64,000 nt of DNA from Mustelus asterias (taxonomy: Eukaryota). Position 1 is the first letter of the stretch, and each line of letters opens with the position of its first letter. Below the pieces are notes generated by a model. That model saw only the letters and a program-made list of their open reading frames with translations. It was not told the DNA's origin and did no database searches. The stretch is taken from the NCBI RefSeq assembly GCF_964213995.1, contig NW_027590302.1:62001-126000 (forward strand). Direction: 5' to 3'. The position numbers were made by a program, and so were the translations under genes. This document shows, piece by piece, positions 53,704 to 64,000 of the stretch.

Positions 53704-54018
53704 CCGAAGATGTGGTGATGTTTCGACTTTGGGTGAGCCCTTGATGAGTGACCTGGCAGGTATAGACTGCTTTGCTAAACCATTCCCCAGGGGAGACTGT
53801 CAGCAGACTGCTCGCTGAGAAGTTTCCGTTCGCTTCCCAGGCGGGGGAGCTGACAATTCTTGAATCCATGGACTGTCCATTCTTCAGCCACTTCACTGTG
53901 ATAGATCTTGGATAGAAATCGATGATTGAACAGACGATGGTTGCCAATTCCCTGCGTTTGATTTCTTCACTGGAACTCACGGTGAGGATAACGGTTGGAG
54001 TGATGTCATCTTTAGAAC
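53704..54018 (-). CDS. IGHM: IgM CH2
   Basis: [37 protein letters not shown]; ag/gt boundaries. Confidence 0.95.
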
Positions 54019-54223
54019 CTTCAAAAAACTTATGTTAGTCATTTATTGTAGGAGAAATTAACAACAAATAAAAGGCATTTTATTTTAACAATTCATTTGC
54101 AGTCAATAGACCTGGATTTTCCAGGGGTCAGGACTATGCAGACTACTATAAATGAGTTTTAACCAAGGCCCAATACAGTTTTGTCATAGCAGTTCTCTTT
54201 TCCCCTGGTTCCACAAAACTTAC

Positions 54224-54523
54224 ATGGCATTTCAGTTCTCTTGTCTGATCCGCTGTGTTGAACCTCACAGTTGATTTTGCTGCATTCTCCCTCTGACTCG
54301 GTGATGGTTAACTGGCTGATCAAGGTGTAGGTTCCCTGCGTGTTTCTCACTGACGGGTAAGTCTGAAACCCAGTGGCGATCGGCTGCCCATTTTTCTTCC
54401 AGGTCAGTTTGGTGACCTCTGGAGAGTAGTCCATCGCCAAACAGCCGTAGGTGACGGAACCGTCGGTGTTGTGTTGCTGACAGGAGGAGACCAGTCCGTA
54501 GAGAATAGGCGGAGAGTGTGTCA
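54224..54523 (-). CDS. IGHM: IgM CH1
   Basis: [44 protein letters not shown]; typical shark C-mu1. Confidence 0.95.
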
Positions 54524-55319
54524 CTGGAAAAGAATGGCCGATTGAACAAGTTAGAATCTGTCAATTGTGATTAAGATATCATACAACTTACAATATGCAT
54601 ACAGTTATAAAACTTATTGTTATACTTATGCATTTAAACTTACACCTACATTTGAGATTCTATTAGTTCTATCTTTTGGGAATCATCACTTGTGTGTTCC
54701 CTCTGTAGAAACACACATTTCTTTCCCCGTCTCTATCAAAGCACAATAAAATGATATTTTGATGTTATCTGAATGATGTACATTGTATGGGATTAAAGAG
54801 AAGAGCAGAGATTTTCTATATTTTTTCAGCCACTAGTTGTTTCTCAATCAACAGTACTTTGTGATGAAGAGGTTGTCTCTTCCTTTATATTGTTGCAGCT
54901 TTGGAAGTTGTCTGTTTTGAAACTGACTGATTCTCCCTCCTCTCTCCCCCTCAGCAGCCCCACTCCCCAAAAGAAAGAGTAGAGACAGCAAGTTCATGGA
55001 TGAGCTGACTGTGGTGTTAACTCCACGTTGGCTCTTTCCAATCAGCAGCTTTCTCTCCTTTCTGCTGTCTCCTTCTGCTTTTTCCCCCGGCTCTTTGCAC
55101 TTTCCAACAGGCTCTCTGCCATTTCCTCTGGCCTCCTCTGACAATGGGTGCTTCCCCCACCCCCGGCTCTTTACTGTTTTCCCTGTTCATGAGACCCATG
55201 CACTTCCCTCCAGCTCTCTGCATTCCCTGGTCATGCTCCCGCAATTGGCATCACTTGTCTTCCGACCTCTCTTCAGTTCTTTCTTCCTCTCTCATTGCAG
55301 GCACACATCCCCCACCGAA

Positions 55320-57987
55320 TAAGTGACTGAGAGTGAGAGATTGTGTGTCAGTGAGTGAGGGTGGACTTGTCAGACTGAGTGTGTGAGGGTGGGTGAGTAT
55401 CTGACAATGGGTGAGTGCCTGTGGTCGAGGGTGAGTGAATGAAAGTGGCAAATGACTGACGGTGAGTGATGAGGGAGAGTGAGTGAGCGTGAGTGAGGAT
55501 GGGTAAATTTGTGAGGTTGAGTGATGCGAGCAAATGATTGTGAGTGAGTGAGGTGGGTGAGTGAGCGTGGGTGTGACAGTGAGGGTGAGTGTGTGAGGGA
55601 GGGTGAGTGAGTGAGGGTGTTCGAGGGAGAGTGAGTGACGGTAAGTGATTGAGGGTGGATGAGGATGAATGAGGGCGAGTGAGTTAGGGTGAGTCGGTGA
55701 GTGAGGGTAGGTAAGTGAGGTTAGGTAAGTGAGAATGAGAGCGCAAATGTGAATGAGGGCGAGTGAGTGTGGGTGAGTGTGTAAGGGTAACTAAGTGCGG
55801 GTGGATTAGTGCGGGTGAGTGTGTGTGAGCGATGGTGGGTAAATGAGTGTGGGTGAGTGAGGATGGGCGAGTGAGAGAGGTGAATGAGCATGCATGAGTG
55901 AATGATCATTCCCAGTTACTCCAGGTCCGATGTCAGAGAATGTGTTTTTTTTCCTGTGATGTGGGAGCCGCTGGCTATGCCAACATTTATTTCCGATCCA
56001 TAATTGTGAAGATTTTAGTGAGCTGCCTTCTTCAACAACTGCAGTCAGGAGGCAGTTACAGGATTTGAACCAGCCACAGTGAAGGAACGGTGATATGTTT
56101 CCAAGTCAGAATGATGAAAGGCTTGTCGGGGTATTTCCAGTTTTTGATGTTCCCACGTATCTGCTGTCCTTGTAGATGGTTGAGCCCTGGACACTATCTC
56201 GAGGAACTCCCGCAGTGAGGTCCAGGAGCTGAGATAATTGCCCTCCAACTACCTAATACATCTTCCATTATGGCAGGTATGTCTCCAACCAGAGGAGAAT
56301 GTTTCTTCTGACTCCCATTGGCTCCAGTTTGCATGGCTATTTTGATGCCACACTCTGTCAAATGCTGTCAAGGACAGTCACTCTCATCTGTGTGTTGAAG
56401 GGAAAGTGTGGGCAGTGTGTGGGTGCATGCGTGTGTGTGTGTGTTTGTGCGTGAGAGAAAGAGAGAGAGAGCAATAAAGTTCATGTTTGAATGTGGATGA
56501 GAGCGACAGCAGATGTGTATGAATGAGAGAGATGCCTGCGTGAGGGTGTGCGTGAGCGAGGGTGTGCGTGAGTAAGAGTGTATGTCAGACAGTGATTATG
56601 TGCGAGTGATTGAGAAGGAGAGGCAATGTTGTGTAAGAGAGTGTGTGAACGTCAGTATGTGTGAGAGAGAGAGTGTGTGAAAGAGAAAGAATGTGTGTTT
56701 TTGAAGAGCGGTTGTGAATGTGAAAGTGTGTTTGAGAGTGCCTCTGTTTGAGAGATAGGGAGTGTGTTTGAGAGTGTCTGTATTTGAGATATAGGGACTG
56801 TGTGTGAGAGTGTCTGTACTTGCGAGACAATGATTGTGTGTGAGAGAGCGAGGGTGTGCACATGATAAACTATCAGCATAAGATAGAGTGTGCATATATG
56901 AGCGACTGTTTGTGTGAAAGAAATTATGTGTGCGACAGAGAGACAAAGTGTGAGGGAGAGAATTTGTGAAATCGAGTGTGCGTGAGAGAGAGAGAGTGTG
57001 TGTGTGAGAGTAAGTATGAATGTGTGAGGGAGTGTGTGTGTGAGAATATGAAGGGGAGAGAATCTGTGTGTGTGACAAAGTGCGTGTGTGAATGTCTGAG
57101 AAAACATTTGAGAGAATGTTCGTGAAAATGCGTTGTTGAGAGAGAAAGGAATGTGTGTTTGAGCGCAAGATTCTGTCTGTGAGATAATTTGTTTGTGTGA
57201 GTGTGTGTGTGTGTGTGAGAGAGAGACTGCTTTTGTGTGTGAGAGATAGAGTGTGTGAGCGAGTGACTGTGCGAGAGAGTTGTGTGAGGGAGATCGTGTG
57301 GGAAATAATGTGTGTATGACAGAGTGTTCCTGTCAAAGAGAGAAATGGAGTGTGTTTGCCAGAGACAGTGGTTTTGAGAAAGTTTTCAGATGAGAGACAG
57401 CTTATGAGAGAATGAGTGCATGAGAGAGCGCGCATATGTGACAATGTGTGTGAGAGAAAGAATATGTGTGCGAGAGTGGGAATTTGTGTGTGAGAGAACA
57501 TGTCTGTCTGCCATAATGTGGAAATGCCGGCGTTGGACTGGGCTAGGCACAGTAAGAAGTCTCACAGCACCAGGTTAAAGTCCAACAGGTTTATTTGGAA
57601 TCACCAGCTCACCTGATGAAGGAGCAGTGCTCCGAAACTCCTGATTCCAAACAAATCTGTTGGATTTTGACCTGGTGTTGTGAGACTTCTTATTGTCTAT
57701 ATGTGTAAGGGAGATAAACCATGTGTATTTGTGTGCGTGTTTTTGTGTGGGGGTGTGTGTGTATGAGAGACTGTGTTTGAGAGAGAGGCTGTGTGAGGGA
57801 CAGTGTGTGAGAGTGCGATCATATGTGGGTGTGTGAGAAAGTGTATGGGAGAGCGAGAGTACTTCTCTGTGTGTGTGTGTGTGTAAGAGAAAGACTGTGT
57901 GAGAGAGTGAGTTTGTGTGTGGGTGTGTGAGAGAATTTATGGAAGAGCGTTGGTATATATGGGTTTTCTGTGTGTAAGAGGGAAACC

Positions 57988-58033
<46 letters not shown>

Positions 58034-58110
58034 GTGTTTTTGAAAGTGGTTTGTGTATCTGAGAGATATATGGTGGGGAGAGAGAGCATGCGTGCGTGCG
58101 TGTAATGTGT
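55320..58110. repeat. Low-complexity (GAGT/GT/GA)-rich tracts in the J-C intron
   Basis: gtgagtgag-type repeats 55320-55905 and degenerate tg/ag repeats 56400-58110. Confidence 0.85.
57515..57693 (+). mobile_element. Palindromic Penelope-like pLTR remnant with central hammerhead core
   Basis: ~50-bp inverted arms around cacCTGATGAaggagcagtgctccGAAAcTC. Confidence 0.7.
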
Positions 58111-59495
58111 GTACGTCTTTGCCTGGCTCACTCCCAGTCTCAATATTCTCAATCAGTCTCACACTCCAATCAAACTCTCCCACTCTCACAGTGAGTGGGG
58201 TGAGTAACTGAGCACAACATGGCCATGGGTTGGATAAACATTTAAATCTTTCACAGAAATGCTGTTCACTGATTTGTAACAGAGTTAGACAATTGGATCT
58301 CACTCCAGCTTACTCATGACTCATGAAATGTGTAAAAGAACAATATTACATTTTGAAACATTTATTCATTATGATGGATATATGGAGTGGGAGTCTCGTC
58401 ATTATCTATTTAAGTTGTCAGAATAACTGGCAACTTCCCATCAGATCAGACCAGGCTCCACTCTCTGGAGAGTTACTGTCACTTCCTGATACTGTTTATT
58501 CTGACATTGTGCTGAAGCTCAGCTCACTTATAGTCAATGAATTTCTAACACTCAAAGTTCTTCAATAGAATTACTTCATTCAAATTAATGCATTTAGTTG
58601 AGAAATCTTGCTCAGATCAATTAACGTGCATCATTTTACCTGAGAAAGTGAAAATTTGATTTCTATTTATCGGGCTCGGGAACTCACAACTAGTTAGTTC
58701 GATGCTGATTCCGTTTAAAACTGGGAACAAATTCACATTCCTTCATGCAAAAGCTCCTGTCCTCTGCTGCTCTCGAGGTACAAGATTGCTTTGATGTAAA
58801 ATGTAACTCCCACTACATTGTCCCATGAGATATGCCCGCGGGAGTGTTCAATTCAGTTTCGTTAGAAATGCAACAGCTACAAGACACAGTCAGAAGCTTG
58901 GAATCCGGTTATGAGTAATCCAATCCACTTCGCCCAAAAGGATTTTGCTGCCTGCAAAGCAGGTCTGTGATTTGATAATTTCCACTTGGCTCAATAAGTG
59001 AAACGCGGGAAACTCTCAGAAATTCGGTACTGTCCAGGACAAAGAAGCCCACAAACTAGCCCCCTGTCACCGTCTTGAACATTCATCCTCTCCACCAGGA
59101 CGCACATGGCAGCACTGTATAACATATACAAGATGCACTGCAGCAACTTGCCAGAACCCCTTCTACAGTGTCTCCCACACCCACAATTTTCGTCACCAAG
59201 AAGTACAGGTGTATCAGATATTGGGAGCAGCTGCAAGTTCCCCTCCAAACCACTGACCATTTGCACTTGTAAATAGAGCGCCGTTCCTTCACTGCCGCTT
59301 GGTCAAAATCCTGGAACTCCCGTCCATAAAATTGTGAGTGTTCGCACACCACGTGGACTGCAGCAGTTCAAGGAGGCGAAACATAAGCATTTTTTCCAAA
59401 AGGTAGTTAGGTATAGACAACAAGCTCTGGCCTAGCCAGCCCCCTAAAATTCCATGATTGGATTAAAAATGTGCTAGACTGATTAAACCCCTACT

Positions 59496-59792
59496 GGCAG
59501 CACGGTGGTACAGTGGTTATCAGTGCTGGCTCACCGCGTCAGGGACTCGGATTTGATTTCCGGCTTGGGTGACTCTATGTGGAATATACATGTTCTACTA
59601 GTGTCTGCTTCGCTTTCCTCCTGCTGCTCCGGTTTCTTCCCACAGTTCGAAAGACGTGTTGGTTAGGTGCATTGGCCATGCTAAATTTTCCCTCAGTGTA
59701 TCCGAACAGGAGCCGAACAATGGTCACTAGGGGCTTTTCACTGTAACTTCATTGCAATGTTTATTTAAACCTACTTGCGATACTAATAAATA
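59496..59792 (+). mobile_element. HE1/V-SINE-like SINE
   Basis: ggcagcacggtggtacagtggttatcagtgc... to actaataaataaa tail. Confidence 0.8.
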
Positions 59793-62707
59793 AACATTGC
59801 CCCATTAAATAGGCCAAAAACTGCTGAAGGAAGGATTGAAATAAAACAAACCGCCCTCTGTACTTCCTAATTCAACATTCCCAAGACCGATACATCGCTG
59901 GTAAAAAATAACCAAATCTTCTTCTACAGTCTGCCTGACATTTCCGAATTGTTCTTTCTGACTGTCACAATCTGGGTTCGGGATCTCATTTCTGAGGCGC
60001 CTGGTCAAACATCAAGTCACACTTTCACATTCCTCGCAGATACAAGTTGATCAACTTTCACTCCCTGAAGCACAGGAGAAGAAACCAGAAGGTCCACAAC
60101 CAGTCAGGAAAGTGAGGACGCGCACAGAAACATGACACGCACAAACGGTGCACCAATCGAGCTCCGAGCAGATAGGTCTGTTTAATCAGCCAATTTCATG
60201 CAAACCGTTTGATTCTAATTGATCAATGGTTAACTTGCAATAACAAAAAAATCAATAACCACTTTAAATATAAGCTGATATTCATTTCTAGACTCCAGTC
60301 GAGTCTCGTTGTCCGTCTGAAATCTCGAATACTGGGACAATGTAGCTTGACTGAAATGGAGCACATCAAATCTAACAGATTCGTATTGAATGGGCGTCCG
60401 TAACGAAGACATAGTGGTATGGTAAGAATTAAACACATCAGGAAATATTCATGTTACAAACCGATACCGACTGATTTGCTCTGGTTCCATAATTAAAGTT
60501 TTTCAAAAAAATAATCAAAACAAAACAGCCTATTGAGCTGAGCACAGCTAAATAAATAAAGTATTGTTTTCTAAGTTAATTTCAGGTGCAACTAAAATTC
60601 GTAAAATCTTTTGATATTTTGCACACCTGTGTACAACTCAATTGTAGGAACTTGTTTATGTTGAATTACTCAGTACTAATATTATGTTGTAATTTATTAT
60701 TAATCGTCTGTTAGTTTTGCAATGAGTTGCTTTGCACACTGTAATGAAAATAATTTAAATAAGTAGGTTTCAAAAATCCAAACATTGTTTCTACTTAGAA
60801 CTTTGTGGAATAATTGGGGTTTAATTAAAATACCCAAACAATTCAACAGTATTAAACAATACATTTCAAGACAGTGGATGGAAATATTGAGACATGTATG
60901 TTACTTTTGCTTAACTTCATTCACATTTGAATGTTTTGCTTTTTGTACTTTTACTCCATATGTCCCGATTTAACTTACAAAAAATAAAAAATGTTTATTT
61001 TTGAGCGCATTGGTAAATCATAAAATCAATATTTTAAACATTGTATATAATATAGATATCTCAGCAGTTTGTCATGAATAAAAGTGTTTATTAGAGTTAA
61101 TAACACTGACTATCGCTGTATCTTATTAATTATATTGTTCCATTGAAGATGATCCAGTTTAATGACTGTAAAACCTGATCAGAACAACTCATTAGATCGC
61201 CTGTGGCACTGAAGCATGATGAACAAATTGAGACTGTATTTTGTTGTTCAATTAAATATTTAATATGAATCAAGTATAAGGCTCAGGTATAATCTGTTCT
61301 TCGATCATGTCATCGTTTCCACTTATAATTATGTCTCGTGTATAGCACATGGACAAGAGACAGGATGTTATTATTAAATGCAAAGTTAATTCAACCTTTT
61401 GCAGTTGAATCAATCTGTTTAAATTTCAAGCTTCCTCTTTTCACTCTCTAGTGATATGCAGTCTGAACATTCCTACAAAGCAAATAAAATCATCTGAACA
61501 ATTTCTTAACTACCAGCGACTTCCACCTCTCAGAAAATTTCTTAAGATCAGAATTTTGATTCTTTCAATTATATTAATTTGATACTAACAGTAGCGATAG
61601 TATTGTGAGCAGGTGGAACATGTCTGACGAATTAGTCTTGAAACTTCACCGCATTTTATTCATATTGGCTCATATATCAAACATTTTAAGCATTAATATT
61701 TGAAGTGGATGGTAAAACCTGTCGCCATCGGATGACACCGAGATGAAATATTGCACAAACGCCAAACTATGTTGTGAACGAGCGTCGTAAACGGTGGCTT
61801 CGTTTAATCATTGAAAATGTATAAATGCACTAACAGCCTGTTTACTGTCCACAATCGTGCTTCAAGCAGTTTCAAACGCTTATATTTTCTGTATGAAACA
61901 GAAAACCTGTAACCGCTCAGTGGCACCTAGATTAAATAACGCAGAAACTCCAAACCGTTTCAAAAATTCTACATATTCGAATTCATTCAAACTCACAATC
62001 TATTCATCGCAAAAAACACCAAATTATATCACTGAGGGATTCAAACACGTTTCATTTAGAAGCAGTTCAATTCTACAATTGATTTCCAGCAAAATCAAAT
62101 GCAACATTGCAAGGAAATCTCAATCTCGAATCTACCAAATCCATCTGCTACCAAGTGAATGGATAGTTTAGCAAAACATAAATATCAGCATTGTGGGTAA
62201 GCGGGACAGGTACAGTAAATTAATATAGAAAACTCAGTATATTTTGTTAACATTGGGTAAGTTTACAAATACTTATACTGTTGATGATACAACCTGCAGC
62301 CATCAGATGACACTAGATTAAACCTCGTAAAAACGCCAAACGGTTTACGATGCTTGGGGAACTGGTGACATAGTGGTACTTTCACTGGGCGAGTAATCTC
62401 GAGACCCAGGGAAAGATCTGGAGCCCGAGATTTGAAACAAATGGAGGTAGAACAATAAAACAATAAAACTCTGGAATTATCCCACATCCCATCGGAGATT
62501 ATTTTCTAAATAAGCGACACAGTATCCTCAGCAGATAAATACCAAATCACAAGAAAGGAATGAATTCCATAACCCCTTTTCAGCAGAATCACATTGCTAA
62601 AATTTCTCAGTTCAGATTCCACAAAACCCACATTACAGGTAAAACAGATAAAAATATTGAACAAAAACATAAATGAAGCTGTTACCGAATAAATGCATGG
62701 TTCTTAC

Positions 62708-62755
62708 CTACAGTCACCACCACCATGGTCCCTTTTCCCCAGTCGCCGAATAAAT
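62708..62755 (-). CDS. IGHJ: IgH J segment
   Basis: LFGDWGKGTMVVVTV|gtaag (WGxG motif). Confidence 0.93.
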
Positions 62756-62794
62756 CACAGTGTTACAATACCTGGGCTGGGTCATACAATAACC
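62756..62794 (-). promoter_or_regulatory. 23-bp spacer RSS 5' of JH
   Basis: ggttattgt, 23 nt, cactgtg. Confidence 0.9.
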
Positions 62795-63110
62795 GTCCCT
62801 GCTCAGAATAGACAGATATCGACAATTACTTTAAATATTCACAAAATCTACCAAAGTAAAGTCACCATGAATTTTCATATAATTGCAGCTTTTATATTAT
62901 TTCTTCTTCATAATTGGCACAAATATTTTAGATTTCATAGAAGAACACGTGAGCATGTTATTGTAAACTGATAACTGAATTACTCTGACAGATCTCCCAT
63001 GTTAAAATGTGCTATTTGACGAGTGTTGGACATCAACAACCCTTCTCTGCAAATAGAGTTGGGTTGTAAAACTGAGCACCGACGCAATCTCAGTCGATTA
63101 CTGCTGAGGA

Positions 63111-63138
63111 GCTTTTTGTATTGAGAGAAATTGCTGTG
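63111..63138 (-). promoter_or_regulatory. 12-bp spacer RSS 3' of the joined V-D-D
   Basis: cacagca, atttctctcaat (12 nt), acaaaaagc. Confidence 0.85.
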
Positions 63139-63468
63139 ATACCCGGTAATCACTACCACTGCTGTGTCTTGCACAGTAATAGTTGGCGGTGTCTTCAATC
63201 TTCAGATTGTTCATTGTCAAAGCGAAAAAGTTGTTTGAAGTGTCTTTGGACGCAGTAAATCGGCTCTGAAGGATTGGGGAGTACCGTTTATCCGATGGAG
63301 AATAGTAGTGAACCAACCACTCCAGCCCCTGTCCGGGAACCTGTCGGATCCAGTGCATGACGTAACGATCAAGATCGAAGCCGCTGGTTTTACAAGTCAG
63401 TCTCAGGGAGCCACCGGGACGCCCGCTCTCTGCTTCTGGCTGAGTCAAGATAACCTCCGACTGGACAC
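63139..63468 (-). CDS. IGHV: IgM VH exon, germline-joined to D sequence
   Basis: [66 protein letters not shown], followed directly by a 12-RSS. Confidence 0.93.
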
Positions 63469-63601
63469 CTGTGTAAATATATATTTAAAAAAACACGAGA
63501 ATTAATCCTGGTGAAATGATTCCTGTTTCTGGAACATGCCAGAGATAGACTAACAATGAGACAGTAACAGTGAGAGACTTGGACAATAAAAAACTACTCA
63601 C

Positions 63602-63647
63602 CGGATAAGAAAGTCAGCAACAAACTGAGAGAAATCGCCGACCTCAT
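63602..63647 (-). CDS. IGHV: IgM VH leader exon
   Basis: MRSAISLSLLLTFLS(G)|gtgag. Confidence 0.9.
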
Positions 63648-63734
63648 CTTTCTGGTCATTTTAGGGAAATGGTTGTGTCAGGAACTCAGTGAACAAACCA
63701 GCTCCCGGAGACTGTAGGATTCCGGTCCCGTGAG

Positions 63735-63800
63735 TGGCATTTAAATACCCGGCAGAAGGGGGCGGCTTTCCAGGCGCCGCCTGTTGATTCCCTGCTGGAG
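63735..63800 (-). promoter_or_regulatory. VH promoter TATA-like element
   Basis: tatttaaat ~95 bp upstream of the ATG with adjacent GC-rich/CAGGCG motifs; no octamer seen nearby. Confidence 0.5.
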
Positions 63801-64000
63801 GCGGCGACTGGATCCACGTCCCACCTTCCACACCCCAACAGAATGGACTCCGAGATTTACAAGAGGTTAATATTAAAATGGACATTTTATCTGTATCGGG
63901 ATATTTGTTTGACTGAATGTAATGCGCCCATTATTTCTCATGGTATTATTGCAGTTCATCATCGCTTCATAAAAAAGCTAATTTCATTGTTAATATCGTC

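Noticed and set aside
49804-54523. IgW or IgNAR identity of the constant exons
   Set aside because: Four CH domains with shark mu-type CH1 and secretory tail and a conventional VH/JH indicate IgM
56585-58303. Long His/Thr/Leu/Ser-rich ORFs
   Set aside because: Translations of CA/CT microsatellite-like DNA
63160-63166. cacagca directly after CAR as the VH heptamer
   Set aside because: No nonamer at 12 or 22/23 nt from it; the sequence fits better as V end plus D-derived junction, and the complete RSS is the downstream 12-spacer one

Overview
Eukaryotic, repeat-rich genomic DNA from a cartilaginous fish (shark-type IgM, HE1/V-SINE-like SINEs, CR1, Rex1 and Penelope elements). From left to right: (i) a CpG-rich promoter and a frameshifted C2H2 zinc-finger gene (1-2.6 kb); (ii) a ~1.47-kb tandem repeat carrying two divergent full-length 7SL/SRP RNA genes (4.2-7.3 kb); (iii) a ~14.6-kb-period duplicated tRNA gene array with intact and decayed tRNAs, intron-containing tRNA-Pro-like genes and a U2-snRNA-headed insertion (7.3-32 kb); (iv) four TCR alpha/delta-type V segments, each with a coding lesion but retaining an RSS (three perfect 23-RSS), one with an intronless leader-V (32.7-43.6 kb); (v) directly adjacent, a complete, apparently intact IgM heavy-chain cluster on the minus strand (L, germline-joined V-D-D with a 12-RSS, 23-RSS-J, CH1-CH4, secretory tail, TM1/TM2; 46.2-63.7 kb). 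Coordinates were read by eye; repeat boundaries are approximate. No database searches were run.
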